Assembly (NCBI GenBank): GCA_963805065.1
Contig: CAWDSS010000010.1
Span: 339,696-403,695, forward strand
Length of the DNA: 64,000 bases
From: Candidatus Omnitrophota bacterium
GTDB lineage: Bacteria; Omnitrophota; Gorgyraeia; Gygaellales; Profunditerraquicolaceae
Direction of reading: 5' to 3'
The position numbers were made by a program, and so were the translations under genes. Shown piece by piece: positions 1 to 9,169 of this stretch. Numbering within the stretch: position 1 is the stretch's first letter; each line of letters opens with the position of its first letter. Below the pieces are notes generated by a model. The model saw nothing but the letters and a program-made list of their open reading frames with translations. It searched no databases and was not told where the DNA came from.

Positions 1-1245
1 TAATTCTTGTTTTGCTTCCTGGAGTATTGTATTTGCCTGCTCCAACTCCTCGATACCCGATATCATAGGATACATGACTTTGAGGTTTCCGTGTACGGAA
101 GCGCGTAATATCGCCCTTAGTTGCAGCTTAAAAATTTCCGGCCTGGCAAGGCAGAACCTGATAGCGCGCCACCCCAAAAATGGCTGCATCTCATGCGGGA
201 CTTGAAACTGGGAAAGAAATTTATCTCCTCCTAAGTCTATTGTACGGATTATAACGGGGTAGGGCTTCATCTCCTCCGCCACATATTTATAAGCCTGGTA
301 ATGTTCCTCTTCGGTAGGCAAGTCCTTTCTGTTCATATAGAAGAATTCTGTCCTGTAAAGGCCGATCCCCTCTGCGCCATGTAGTTTTACCGACGGAACC
401 TCTTCGGGGAATTCTATATTAGCTTTTATCTCCACAACTTTGCCATCAAGCGTAACCGCAGGAAGGTCTTTTACGGATAAGAACCTTTCAGCTATGCCTC
501 TTAGTTTTTCTTCTTCTTCGCGGTACGCCGCAAGCGTCTCTTCATCAGGGCTGACAATGACAATGCCCATGATACCGTCAACAATCAGTATGTCCCCGGG
601 TTTAATCTTTGCCGTCCCTTCCTGGACTCCCACGACTGCGGGAATTTCCAGGGATTTTGCCATAATTGCGGTATGGGATGTTTTACCTCCCACATCAGTA
701 ACAAAAGCAGCCACATTTTGCTTGTGCATGGCTGCGGTATCAGAAGGCGAAAGGTCATGCGCTACCAGGATTACCCTTTCCGTTAACCCGGATAATGAAG
801 GCCGCGTCTTTCCCAGAAGATGCCGCAGGATTCTTTTGCCTACGTCGTTTATATCAACAATGCGCTCTTTAAGATACTCATCCTCAATCTTAGAAAATAC
901 GTCAATATATTTCTTTAAAACCTCCGAAAATATAAACGCCACGTTCAGCTGTTCTTTTTTAAGGCGGGAGATTACCTCTTCAATGAGCATGCGGTCTTCC
1001 AAAACCAATAGATGCGCGTCAAAGATCTGCGCCTCTTCCTGGCCCATTTCAGTGCCGATCCTCTTTTGCAGTTCAATAATTTCCCTGCGCGTCTTGATCA
1101 GCGCTTCTTCGAAAAGCTGTATTTGAAGGGGAATATCCTTCTGCGAAATAACATACTTAGGTATGGCAAATTCCTCTTTGCCTACCCTGTAAGCGGGCCC
1201 TATGCTTATTCCCGAAGCCGCAGCTATCCCCTTAAGCTGAATCAT
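1..1245 (-). CDS. ptsI: PTS enzyme I (PEP-protein phosphotransferase), N-terminal ~415 aa; the gene runs off the window edge
   Basis: Absent from the ORF track because it is open at the edge. Manual translation from ATG 1245-1243 gives MIQLKGIAAASGISIGPAYRV. The phospho-His block VTDVGGKTSHTAIMAKSLEIP lies at about 640-700. The start overlaps the HPr stop. Confidence 0.9.
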   Translation of the reverse strand, partial: MIQLKGIAAASGISIGPAYRVGKEEFAIPKYVISQKDIPLQIQLFEEALIKTRREIIELQKRIGTEMGQEEAQIFDAHLLVLEDRMLIEEVISRLKKEQLNVAFIFSEVLKKYIDVFSKIEDEYLKERIVDINDVGKRILRHLLGKTRPSLSGLTERVILVAHDLSPSDTAAMHKQNVAAFVTDVGGKTSHTAIMAKSLEIPAVVGVQEGTAKIKPGDILIVDGIMGIVIVSPDEETLAAYREEEEKLRGIAERFLSVKDLPAVTLDGKVVEIKANIEFPEEVPSVKLHGAEGIGLYRTEFFYMNRKDLPTEEEHYQAYKYVAEEMKPYPVIIRTIDLGGDKFLSQFQVPHEMQPFLGWRAIRFCLARPEIFKLQLRAILRASVHGNLKVMYPMISGIEELEQANTILQEAKQEL

Positions 1246-1513
1246 ATTTCTCTTCCTCGCTGTTTATTACTTTCTCTAATTCTAGAATGGCCGCCTGCGC
1301 ATCCTCTCCTTCTGCCTCTATTACAATCAAGCTACCCTGCTCTGCACCCAGCATGAGGATACCCATAATGGATTTTCCGTTTACCTCTTCGTCATTACGT
1401 TTTACGGTTATACGCGCGTCAAATTTATTGGCAACCTGGACGAATGTTGCGGCGGGCCGCGCATGCAAGCCCTGTTTATTCTTTACTGTTATTTCTTTCT
1501 TTACTAGTGACAT
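1232..1513 (-). CDS. ptsH: Phosphocarrier protein HPr/NPr
   Basis: MSLVKKEITVKNKQGLHARPAATFV carries the His15 motif. The track start at 1528 is a GTG inside the upstream hairpin, so ATG 1513 is preferred. Confidence 0.9.
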   Translation of the reverse strand: MSLVKKEITVKNKQGLHARPAATFVQVANKFDARITVKRNDEEVNGKSIMGILMLGAEQGSLIVIEAEGEDAQAAILELEKVINSEEEKYDSA

Positions 1514-1517
1514 TTTT

Positions 1518-1660
1518 AATGAACACACAACTTACGAATCCCGAAACTTCGGGATGAGTAAGTTATTGTGTGAATTTAACCCAGCACTAATTTTTGTAAT
1601 TAGACTAGATATAAAAATTAGTGCTGGGTAAGTTCGGACAGATAAGTTATGTCGGATACA
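1518..1660. repeat. Composite hairpin repeat, type I (H1 + H2 + degenerate H3)
   Basis: H1 at 1518-1576 reads AATGAACACACAACTTAC..GTAAGTTATTGTGTGAATT. H2 at 1580-1628 reads CCCAGCACTAATTTTT..AAAAATTAGTGCTGGG. The same module recurs inverted at 60735-60901. Confidence 0.85.
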
Positions 1661-1695
1661 CTTTTAATTTTATTCTCCAAAACTATTGTCCTCAC

Positions 1696-2937
1696 TTATA
1701 TCTCTTCAATAAGCCCTAAAATAATTTTTGCTAATTTTACGGGGTCATGCCTTACAACGTCATTTTCTATAATGCTAAAATCGTCTTCGATTACGCGATA
1801 GCCCATATTTTCGATTTTTTTTCTGTCATTAACTACAATGTATGAATTGTCGAGGGAATAACGCTTGAGTATTTCCTGCGGTATTTCTCCCGTATTTATA
1901 ATACAGTAATTAAAGATTCGAGGGTGGCTGTGGGTAATTAGGGCATTCACGTGTTCAGAGGCACTATACTCTTCAGTCTCTCCGGGCTGGGTCATTACGT
2001 TACACACATAAACCTTGATAGCAGGAGAAGAAATTATCGCATCCTTGATTTCTTTAATTAAAAGGTTGGGTATAACACTCGTATATAACGACCCCGGCCC
2101 CAGGATAATTATTTGCGCCTCCTGTATAGCTTTTATGGCATCGGGAGTAGCCTGGGCAGTAACAGGATTAAGGCTCACCTGATTAATGGGTCTATGAACT
2201 TTAGGAATTTTGTCCTCTCCCTGGGTCACAGAGCCGTCTTTATGCTGTGCAACCAACGTTACGTTATCCAGCGACGAAGGGATTACCTTACCCCTCAATG
2301 CTAAAACATTGCTTGTTTCTTTAATCGCCTTCTCAAAATCTCCTGTAAGCCTGGTCATAACTGTTATAAAGAGATTGCCGAAACTGTGCCCTGAAAGCTC
2401 CGAATTCGTATCAAAACGGAATTGGAACAAATCGCGCATCAAAGCCGGTGCATCTGCCAAGGCAACCAGGCAGTTTCTTATATCTCCCGGAGGCAGCATA
2501 TCAAATTCATGCCTCAACCGTCCGGAAGACCCGCCTTCATCAGCGACTGTAACAATCGCGGATATATTAGAAGTGTATTCCTTAAGGCCTGTAAGCAATA
2601 CCGACAATCCCGTACCGCCTCCTATAGTTACAATCTTTGGCCCCCGCCCCAGCTGTTTCTTCTGGTATAAAATATCTACTAGCTCTGTCCCTTTAGATGA
2701 GGGGACAAACACCACGATAAAAGAACGCATCATCCTTTTGACGCCTAATATTAAAATTATGATTCCTGAAACTACCGTTATGAAGTCTAATATCTGGAGC
2801 ACCCAGTATTCTTCTGTGCGTAAATGCCCGGTCCCAAGGATAAGCAGGAACACGCCGAAAGCACTAAGGCCAATCCAGCGTTTTATGCCAATGCCGGGGT
2901 ATAGCCACTTAAAAATCCCGTTAACTCTATCTCTCAT
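1696..2937 (-). CDS. YvcK/CofD-family (UPF0052) protein with two N-terminal TM helices
   Basis: 413 aa with the IVTIGGGTGLSVLL motif typical of the YvcK/CofD family and a hydrophobic N-terminus. Confidence 0.75.
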   Translation of the reverse strand: MRDRVNGIFKWLYPGIGIKRWIGLSAFGVFLLILGTGHLRTEEYWVLQILDFITVVSGIIILILGVKRMMRSFIVVFVPSSKGTELVDILYQKKQLGRGPKIVTIGGGTGLSVLLTGLKEYTSNISAIVTVADEGGSSGRLRHEFDMLPPGDIRNCLVALADAPALMRDLFQFRFDTNSELSGHSFGNLFITVMTRLTGDFEKAIKETSNVLALRGKVIPSSLDNVTLVAQHKDGSVTQGEDKIPKVHRPINQVSLNPVTAQATPDAIKAIQEAQIIILGPGSLYTSVIPNLLIKEIKDAIISSPAIKVYVCNVMTQPGETEEYSASEHVNALITHSHPRIFNYCIINTGEIPQEILKRYSLDNSYIVVNDRKKIENMGYRVIEDDFSIIENDVVRHDPVKLAKIILGLIEEI

Positions 2938-2951
2938 TTTATTATACGAAG

Positions 2952-3422
2952 TTAAATTTTCTTTTCGTCTTCTTCAGTTATGATCTTTATTACTGCCTTT
3001 TCATCTTCGCAGGCTTTAAGAGTATCGCGGAAATATTTATCCTTAAGAAGGCGTGAAATCCTGGCAAGCGCCTTAAGGTGTGGGCCGGCGGAATCCTGCG
3101 GTGCTATTAACAAAAAGAATATGTATGCCAATTCTCCGTCGAGAGAATCAAAATCTACTCCTTTTTTGGATAAGCCGAATGCAGCGACTAACTCTTTCAC
3201 ACAATCTGACTTGGCATGGGGAATTGCAATACCCTGTCCTATGGCGGTTGAGCCTAAAGACTCCCTTGTCATTAAAGCATCTATCAGTTTATTGCGGCAG
3301 CGTTTTTCTATTTCTCCTGCCTCTATCAGGACATCCACGAGCTCTCTTATAACATCTGTTTTCTTTGTAGCCTTAATATCGGTAACAATCGCTTTCTTAG
3401 ACAAAAAATCCATAATCTGCAT
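2952..3422 (-). CDS. ptsN: PTS EIIA(Ntr), nitrogen-regulatory IIA protein
   Basis: GSTAIGQGIAIPHAK phospho-His motif. ATG 3422 is preceded by AGGAGA. The track start at 3449 lies inside the hairpin. Confidence 0.85.
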   Translation of the reverse strand: MQIMDFLSKKAIVTDIKATKKTDVIRELVDVLIEAGEIEKRCRNKLIDALMTRESLGSTAIGQGIAIPHAKSDCVKELVAAFGLSKKGVDFDSLDGELAYIFFLLIAPQDSAGPHLKALARISRLLKDKYFRDTLKACEDEKAVIKIITEEDEKKI

Positions 3423-3437
3423 TGCATTCTCCTTTTT

Positions 3438-3491
3438 AAATGAGCACATAACTTACGAACACGAAAGTGTGAGTAAGTTATTGTGCGAATT
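3438..3491. repeat. Solo H1 hairpin repeat
   Basis: AAATGAGCACATAACTTAC-GAACACGAAAGTGTGA-GTAAGTTATTGTGCGAATT, directly 5' of the ptsN RBS. Confidence 0.85.
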
Positions 3492-3569
3492 AATCCCCGC
3501 GCCTTCGCTTTGCGAAGCAAAGCGGTGGGAATAAATTTAAACTTAATTAATCCTTGTGAATTAGAATTA

Positions 3570-3642
3570 AGCGGGAGACGGGATTCGAACCCGCGACATT
3601 AACCTTGGCAAGGTTACGCTCTACCAACTGAGCCACTCCCGC
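3570..3642 (-). tRNA. tRNA-Gly(GCC)
   Basis: The reverse complement GCGGGAGTGGCTCAGTTGGTAGAGCGTAACCTTGCCAAGGTTAATGTCGCGGGTTCGAATCCCGTCTCCCGCT folds as a cloverleaf with anticodon loop TTGCCAA. Confidence 0.9.
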
Positions 3643-4036
3643 GTCACTTCGCTAAAGCTTATTCTATAGTTGCAAGTAAACTTTCAGTAGTAGTGTGTCT
3701 ATCCAAACTTGTCAAAATTATGAGGACGCTTCGTTCCTCATAGGGGTAACCCGTTTGGTTTCCCCTGATGACGCTTCCTTGCTTACGCTCGGTCGCTGTC
3801 ACCCCTTCCTTCGCAATCTAGAAAAGCATCCTTAAGGGGAAAACTATCTTTTCCCCTTAATAATCCCTTTTTTAGGTTTTTAACAACAGAACTTAAAACC
3901 ACTTCTATTGTCCTGCTTCGCAGGATAGTTGTTAAAAACCTTTGTCGTTCGCGAATAGCTTTCAAAAACACGTCACTCGCGGATAACTGCTAAAAATCTG
4001 TCTCTCGCTAACAAAATTTATTAAAGATCGTGAAAG

Positions 4037-4117
4037 TGGGCGGAAGAGGAGTTGAACCTCCACGGGTTGCCCCACAAGGTCCTAAGCCTTGCGCGTCTGC
4101 CATTCCGCCATCCGCCC
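4037..4117 (-). tRNA. tRNA-Leu(TAG), class II with long variable arm
   Basis: The reverse complement reads GGGCGGATGGCGGAATGGCAGACGCGCAAGGCTTAGGACCTTGTGGGGCAACCCGTGGAGGTTCAACTCCTCTTCCGCCCA. The anticodon loop is CTTAGGA. Confidence 0.85.
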
Positions 4118-4135
4118 TTAAAAGGGCCAAATTTG

Positions 4136-4227
4136 AATGAGCCTCCCGAGACTCTCCCGCACAATCACCAAATAAGTCGGGCGGGATCCCGCCTGCTATT
4201 GGATAGCCTGGCGGGAGAACTCGGTCG
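4136..4227 (-). other. Duplicated 3' fragment of tRNA-Lys (T-arm plus acceptor), interrupted in the T-loop by a 62-nt palindromic insert
   Basis: The minus sense reads ACCGAGTTC[TCCCGCC..GCGGGA]GAGTCTCGGGAGGCTCA. Removing the bracket recreates the last 26 nt of tRNA-Lys with one mismatch. The 19-nt stretch AATGAGCCTCCCGAGACTC is identical at 4136-4154 and 4294-4312. Confidence 0.7.
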
Positions 4228-4295
4228 CTTTGTAACAATCTTTATAAACCTAATACAAAGCGATGCCGAGTAAACATCTTTATGACAAGATTAAA

Positions 4296-4368
4296 TGAGC
4301 CTCCCGAGACTCGAACTCGGCACAGGCGGCTTAAAAAGCCGCTGCTCTACCAGATGAGCTAGAGGCCC
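4296..4368 (-). tRNA. tRNA-Lys(TTT)
   Basis: The reverse complement reads GGGCCTCTAGCTCATCTGGTAGAGCAGCGGCTTTTTAAGCCGCCTGTGCCGAGTTCGAGTCTCGGGAGGCTCA. The anticodon loop is TTTTTAA. Confidence 0.9.
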
Positions 4369-4390
4369 AAAATTACCTATTCTAAAATCA

Positions 4391-4447
4391 CCGGGTCGAT
4401 AGTCTATGGTCCATTGACTATAGACTATCGACTATAGACCCATATAT
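4391..4447. repeat. TATAGTC-rich palindromic repeat (CGGGTC..GACCCATATA)
   Basis: GTCGATAGTCTATGGTC-CATT-GACTATAGACTATCGAC forms a 17-bp stem just 3' of frr. A related copy lies at 63464-63537. Confidence 0.75.
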
Positions 4448-4449
4448 CT

Positions 4450-5010
4450 TTAAAATTCTAATACTTCTTTTTCTTTATTCTTTAACAGCTCGTCTATCTT
4501 TGCGATATACTTATCCACCAGTTTCTGAAGTTCGTCTATGCCGCGGAATTTATCGTCTTCAGAAATAGCTTTATCTTTTTCCAGCTTTTCCAAAGCTTCT
4601 TTAGAATCCCTTCTGATTGTCCTTAAAGATACTCTTCCTTCCTCAGCCATTTTATGCACAACCTTAGCCAGCTCTTCTCTTCTTTCTTTGGATAATTGAG
4701 GGACAGACAAGCGTATTATCTTTCCGTCATTAGAAGGGGTGATTCCTAAATTTGATTTCATTATCGCTTTTTCGATTTCAACTATAGCTGTTATATCCCA
4801 AGGCTGTATTACGATTAAATGCGCATCAGGCACGGAAATAGAAGCCAACTGTTTTAGAAGCGTGGGCGTTCCGTAATAATCTATATGCAGCCCTTCTACC
4901 AAATGAGGGCTGGCTCTGCCTGTCCTTATTTCCGAGAATTCACGCGTAACGGATTCAAATGCCTTTTTAAGTTTTTCTTCCGCGCCATGTAAAATTTCTC
5001 TGGTAGTCAT
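4450..5010 (-). CDS. frr: Ribosome recycling factor
   Basis: 186 aa with typical RRF sequence, in conserved frr-pyrH-tsf-rpsB synteny. Confidence 0.95.
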   Translation of the reverse strand: MTTREILHGAEEKLKKAFESVTREFSEIRTGRASPHLVEGLHIDYYGTPTLLKQLASISVPDAHLIVIQPWDITAIVEIEKAIMKSNLGITPSNDGKIIRLSVPQLSKERREELAKVVHKMAEEGRVSLRTIRRDSKEALEKLEKDKAISEDDKFRGIDELQKLVDKYIAKIDELLKNKEKEVLEF

Positions 5011-5019
5011 TGACTCCTC

Positions 5020-5742
5020 CTATCCTACGACAGTACCTATTTTTTCACCCATTATCACCCGCTTTATATTGCCTTGTTTGGTAAGGTTAAACACCACGAT
5101 GGGTAATTTATTATCCATGCACAGGCTTATGGCAGTTGCATCCATAACCTTCAAGCCTTTTTTCAACACATCTATATATTTTAATCTATGGAATTTTTTG
5201 GCGCCCTTCACCTTCATGGGGTCTGCAGAATAAACCCCGTCAACCTTCGTGGCTTTTAATATGGCATCGGCATTTATTTCCATCGCCCTCAAGGCTGCGG
5301 TTGTATCGGTGGTAAAATAAGGGTTGCCCGTGCCTGCCACAAATATTACAATGCGGCCCTTTTCCAAATGCCGAATCGCGCGTCTTCTAATGTAGGGCTC
5401 GGCAATTCTTTCCATATCTATAGCCGTCATTACCCTTGTGGGCAGGCCCATTTTTTCCAACACGTCTTGCAGCGCCAGGCCATTGATGACCGTTGCCAGC
5501 ATCCCCATATAATCTGCAACGGACCTATCCATATCCAAACCGCGCGAAGCTGTATTTTCCTGGCCGCGGAAAATATTGCCCCCGCCAAGGACTATGGCTA
5601 CATCAACCTTCAAATCTCTTATTTCTTTTATTTGACGTGCAATGGAAATTAAAACAGACTGGTCAATACCGTGGGGTTTCTTTCCTTGTAGCGCTTCGCC
5701 GCTTAATTTTAGGACTATTCTTTTATAAACAGACCCGCTCAT
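5020..5742 (-). CDS. pyrH: UMP kinase
   Basis: 240 aa containing KLSGEAL and [10 protein letters not shown] motifs. Confidence 0.95.
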   Translation of the reverse strand: MSGSVYKRIVLKLSGEALQGKKPHGIDQSVLISIARQIKEIRDLKVDVAIVLGGGNIFRGQENTASRGLDMDRSVADYMGMLATVINGLALQDVLEKMGLPTRVMTAIDMERIAEPYIRRRAIRHLEKGRIVIFVAGTGNPYFTTDTTAALRAMEINADAILKATKVDGVYSADPMKVKGAKKFHRLKYIDVLKKGLKVMDATAISLCMDNKLPIVVFNLTKQGNIKRVIMGEKIGTVVG

Positions 5743-6269
5743 TATTCGCCGACTTTATAATATGTGAACCTGCGTATTACTATATTTTCGCCTATCTTTG
5801 CTACAATGCTACCCAGATAATCCTTTATGGAAATACCGGGATCTTTTACAAAAGGCTGCTCCAATAAACAATTCGCCTTATAAAATTCTTCGATTTTTTC
5901 CTTTTCGTTTTCTAAAACGTCCGCGGGCACGTCTTCCTTTTTTATATACATAGGCCTGCAGGCGGCAATCTGCATAGACAGGTCTTTGGTAAACTGGCAG
6001 AACTCGAGGTTTTTTGCCGCGAAATCTGATTCGCAGTCAACTTCCAGCAATACTCCGATTTTATTGCCCAGATGGACGTATGCCTCAATCCTGCCTTCCT
6101 TGGCCACTCTGCTCTGTTTTTCAGCAGCTATCTGTAAACCGCGCTTGCGCAACAATTGCGCTGCTTTCTTAATGTCGCCTTTTGTTTCCTCGAGCGCTTT
6201 CTTACAGTGCGCAACGCTTGCGCTGGTTAAATTTCTTAATTCTTTTATTAAATCTACTGATATTGCCAT
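5742..6269 (-). CDS. tsf: Elongation factor Ts (short form, 175 aa)
   Basis: The N-terminal UBA-like block [34 protein letters not shown] matches EF-Ts, and the synteny fits. Confidence 0.9.
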   Translation of the reverse strand: MAISVDLIKELRNLTSASVAHCKKALEETKGDIKKAAQLLRKRGLQIAAEKQSRVAKEGRIEAYVHLGNKIGVLLEVDCESDFAAKNLEFCQFTKDLSMQIAACRPMYIKKEDVPADVLENEKEKIEEFYKANCLLEQPFVKDPGISIKDYLGSIVAKIGENIVIRRFTYYKVGE

Positions 6270-6277
6270 TTTAAAGA

Positions 6278-7165
6278 TTACACCTTCTTTCTGGTCTTTG
6301 GTTTCTCATCTATCTTGGCACGGCCTTTCTTTACAGGCTTAGCATCTGTATCCAAGGGCTCTGTAGTCTCCACTATCTCTTCTATTTCTTTAATCTTTAT
6401 TTCTTCCTCGGGTAAAACCAAAGGCTGTTCCTCCGCCTTTTCTTCTTTCATCTTTACGCCTTCCTGGGCAAGATAGGACAGGAATTTATTCCTTCCTTCG
6501 ACTACGGCATCTGCCATTAAAGTCGTAACTGAGCGTATGGACTTGGTAGCATCATCATTACCCGGTATAGGATAATCCACTAAATCCGGGTTTGAATTCG
6601 TATCTATAAGGGCTATTACGGGTATAGATAGCCTTCTCGCCTCTTTAACCGCGGTTTCTTCCTTTTTTGTATCTACGACAAACACTGCCTTTGGCATCTT
6701 TTCCATGGGAACTATTCCTAAGAAGTTTTTCTTAAGCTTAGCTAATTCTTTTTCCAGGTGCGCTACTTCTTTTTTAGTCAGATTAGCAAACGTCCCATCT
6801 GTACGCATGGTTTCTATTTCTTTCAGGCGGTTAATACTCTTTTTTATGGTAGCAAAGTTAGTAAGTAAGCCTCCCGGCCAGCGTTCGGTAACATAATACA
6901 TTCCGCAGCGTATAGCCTCCTGCAAAACAACCTCCTGGGCCTGCTTTTTTGTCCCCACAAACAGCACAAATTCGCCTTTAGAGGTTATATCCAGGATGAA
7001 ACTCATGGCGCGGTTGATACATTCCTCGGTTTTTTCCAAATCAATAATGTAAATACCGCTTCTTTCCCCGAAAATAAACTTCTTCATCTTGGGATTCCAG
7101 CGCTTTGTCTGATGTCCAAAATGCACTCCTGCTTCTAGTAGCTGCTTGATTAATTCTGATGGCAC
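6278..7165 (-). CDS. rpsB: 30S ribosomal protein S2 with a Lys/Glu-rich C-terminal extension
   Basis: [19 protein letters not shown] motif; 295 aa. Confidence 0.95.
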   Translation of the reverse strand: MPSELIKQLLEAGVHFGHQTKRWNPKMKKFIFGERSGIYIIDLEKTEECINRAMSFILDITSKGEFVLFVGTKKQAQEVVLQEAIRCGMYYVTERWPGGLLTNFATIKKSINRLKEIETMRTDGTFANLTKKEVAHLEKELAKLKKNFLGIVPMEKMPKAVFVVDTKKEETAVKEARRLSIPVIALIDTNSNPDLVDYPIPGNDDATKSIRSVTTLMADAVVEGRNKFLSYLAQEGVKMKEEKAEEQPLVLPEEEIKIKEIEEIVETTEPLDTDAKPVKKGRAKIDEKPKTRKKV

Positions 7166-7267
7166 TTTTTTACTCCCCCTTTTCTTAACTAATTGTGAAT
7201 ATTGATATTTTGCCTCATTTAGGCATTAAGTAAACCTAAAGTATATCACAAAGTTTAAAACTTGCAA

Positions 7268-9058
7268 CTATTTTCGCAGCTCCTGCATCTGATAGAGCCG
7301 CCTGTATAAACCATCCCTGCCTATAAGTTCGCTGTGAGTACCTTCTTCTACAATCATGCCCTTGTCTAATACGATTATCCTCTGGGCATTCTTTACAGTA
7401 GAAAGCCGGTGGGCAATGACAAAGACCGTCCTGCCCCAAACGAGCTTATCTAAGGCATCCTGGACTATGCGTTCTGCTTCGGAGTCTAATTGCGAAGTAG
7501 CCTCATCCAGTATCAGTATGGGCGGATTTTTAAGTAATGCGCGCGCTATGGCAATCCTTTGGCGTTCTCCTCCTGAAAGCCTCATGCCTCTATCGCCGAT
7601 AACGGTATCATAACCCAAAGGCAACTTATTGATAAAATCATGGGCATGCGCATTGATTGCTGCCTGTTCAATTTCCTGTTGCGTCGCGTCCAATTTGCCG
7701 TAAGCAATATTAGCCCTGATGGTATCGTTAAAAAGCACTGTCTCCTGAGTAACAATGGCTATCTGTTGGCGTAGCGACCTTAAACTCACCTCTCTTATAT
7801 TCAGGCCATCAATCAGGATCCTTCCTTTTTGCGGATCGTAAAATCTGGGTATTAAATCGACGAGCGTAGTCTTACCTGTCCCGCTGGGGCCTACGATTGC
7901 CAACATTTGACCTTTTTTTACTTCTAAATCTATGCCTTTTAAAACCTCCAGGTCCGCATAATTAAACCGGACGTCTTCAAAAACAATATTATTGTTAAAA
8001 CCGGGTAATTCCAGGGGATTTGTTTTTTCTGCAACGCTAGGTTTAGTATCTAATACTTCGTAAATCCTTTCGCTGGCAGCCACTGCCTGTTCATTAAGCG
8101 AGTTAACCTGGCTTAATTTCTTAAACGGCCTGACCAATGACAATAACGAGGCTAAAAATAAACCAAATATGCCAAAAGATAACCTTCCGGCAATAACTTC
8201 TTTGCCTCCCCAGAAAAATACAAATATTGCCGCAATACAACCGAAGAATTCGGTGCTTGGCTGCAGCAATAACAGCCTTTTTATGGATTTCATGGAGATT
8301 TTGTAATAATCCTGGTTTACCCTTTCGAATTTGCCTATCTCGTAATCTTCCATATTAAAAGCCTTGACAATCCTTGTGCCGATAATAGTTTCATAAAGGA
8401 GGGAGTTTATATCCGCCATTTTCTCTTGCGACCTTTTGGAAAGCTTTCTTAATACCTTACCGACTTTAATAATTGGTAGGCTTATCAGAGGAAGTAAAAC
8501 AAAGGAAATCAAAGCCATCTTGAAGTAAATGAAAAACGTCAAAAATGTAAATATAACTACCTGCAGGCTTTGGTATACAAGGTCAGTTGAGCCATAAGAT
8601 ACGGCATTTTCTACCAGCCTTACATCATTGGTAACGCGGGAAATCATCTCTCCTCCCCGTTTATGCGTAAAATAATCCAGGGAAAGAGATTGAATCTTGT
8701 TATAAAGCTTAGACCTTATGTCTCTGACCACAAGCTGGCCTATGTCGGACATGATATAGCTCTGTATAAACCCAACCACGCCTTTAAGGAAAAAAAGCAC
8801 TAAAATACCGATAGCCATATAGTTTAACAGCACGCCCGGGGCGGTATTGTTGATTTTATCCACAAAACCAGCTATGCTTACAGGTAATTTAGTGGGTATA
8901 ATGATCTTTTTGTTGGTGAGAACCTTATCCGCTAAAGGCACAATCATAGCCAATGACACACCGTCAAAAATCGCGGATAATGCCATAAATACCGAAGCTA
9001 TGGAAAATAACCCCAGATACGGCCTGACGAATTTAAGTAACTTTAAATAATCCTTCAT
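7268..9058 (-). CDS. msbA: ABC exporter, fused permease-ATPase (MsbA-like lipid A flippase)
   Basis: 596 aa with six-TM-type N-terminal half, Walker A GPSGTGKTT, signature LSGGERQR, and neighbouring lpxB. Confidence 0.8.
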   Translation of the reverse strand: MKDYLKLLKFVRPYLGLFSIASVFMALSAIFDGVSLAMIVPLADKVLTNKKIIIPTKLPVSIAGFVDKINNTAPGVLLNYMAIGILVLFFLKGVVGFIQSYIMSDIGQLVVRDIRSKLYNKIQSLSLDYFTHKRGGEMISRVTNDVRLVENAVSYGSTDLVYQSLQVVIFTFLTFFIYFKMALISFVLLPLISLPIIKVGKVLRKLSKRSQEKMADINSLLYETIIGTRIVKAFNMEDYEIGKFERVNQDYYKISMKSIKRLLLLQPSTEFFGCIAAIFVFFWGGKEVIAGRLSFGIFGLFLASLLSLVRPFKKLSQVNSLNEQAVAASERIYEVLDTKPSVAEKTNPLELPGFNNNIVFEDVRFNYADLEVLKGIDLEVKKGQMLAIVGPSGTGKTTLVDLIPRFYDPQKGRILIDGLNIREVSLRSLRQQIAIVTQETVLFNDTIRANIAYGKLDATQQEIEQAAINAHAHDFINKLPLGYDTVIGDRGMRLSGGERQRIAIARALLKNPPILILDEATSQLDSEAERIVQDALDKLVWGRTVFVIAHRLSTVKNAQRIIVLDKGMIVEEGTHSELIGRDGLYRRLYQMQELRK

Positions 9059-9169
9059 GTTTGGCTCCTACTAAAAGGAAAGGTATTTTACCATAAGTAA
9101 CCATGATTAGCAAATTATTTTTGAAAAATCTTGTTGCAAATGCATGGCTACTTTGATATTATGCTTAAC

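Noticed and set aside
440-1126. Many long plus-strand ORFs in the track, for example 440-1126, 2210-2983, 2980-3534, 5493-5867, 26210-26698, 34932-35402, 46295-46693 and 48377-48970.
   Set aside because: Each lies antisense to a well-supported minus-strand gene. Their compositions are low-complexity and Ser/Leu/Ile-rich, and they lack motifs and RBSs. They are shadow ORFs.
1514-1528. Extended N-termini given by the ORF track for ptsH (1528), ptsN (3449), glnA (62440), pyrG (19057), the ATPase (48924), and the MNSWPSVIEY-type starts at 38496 and 42542.
   Set aside because: These upstream starts are GTG, TTG or ATG codons that fall inside repeat hairpins or the E-repeat promoter. Downstream ATGs with proper SD spacing give canonical protein N-termini.
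4128-4295. SRP (4.5S) RNA, or a tRNA with an intron, in the spacer after tRNA-Lys.
   Set aside because: The region lacks the conserved domain IV sequence (AGGUCCGGAAGGAAGCAGC-type GNAR loop and AGCA bulge). No 5' acceptor, D-arm or anticodon arm is present, only a copy of the tRNA-Lys 3' end.
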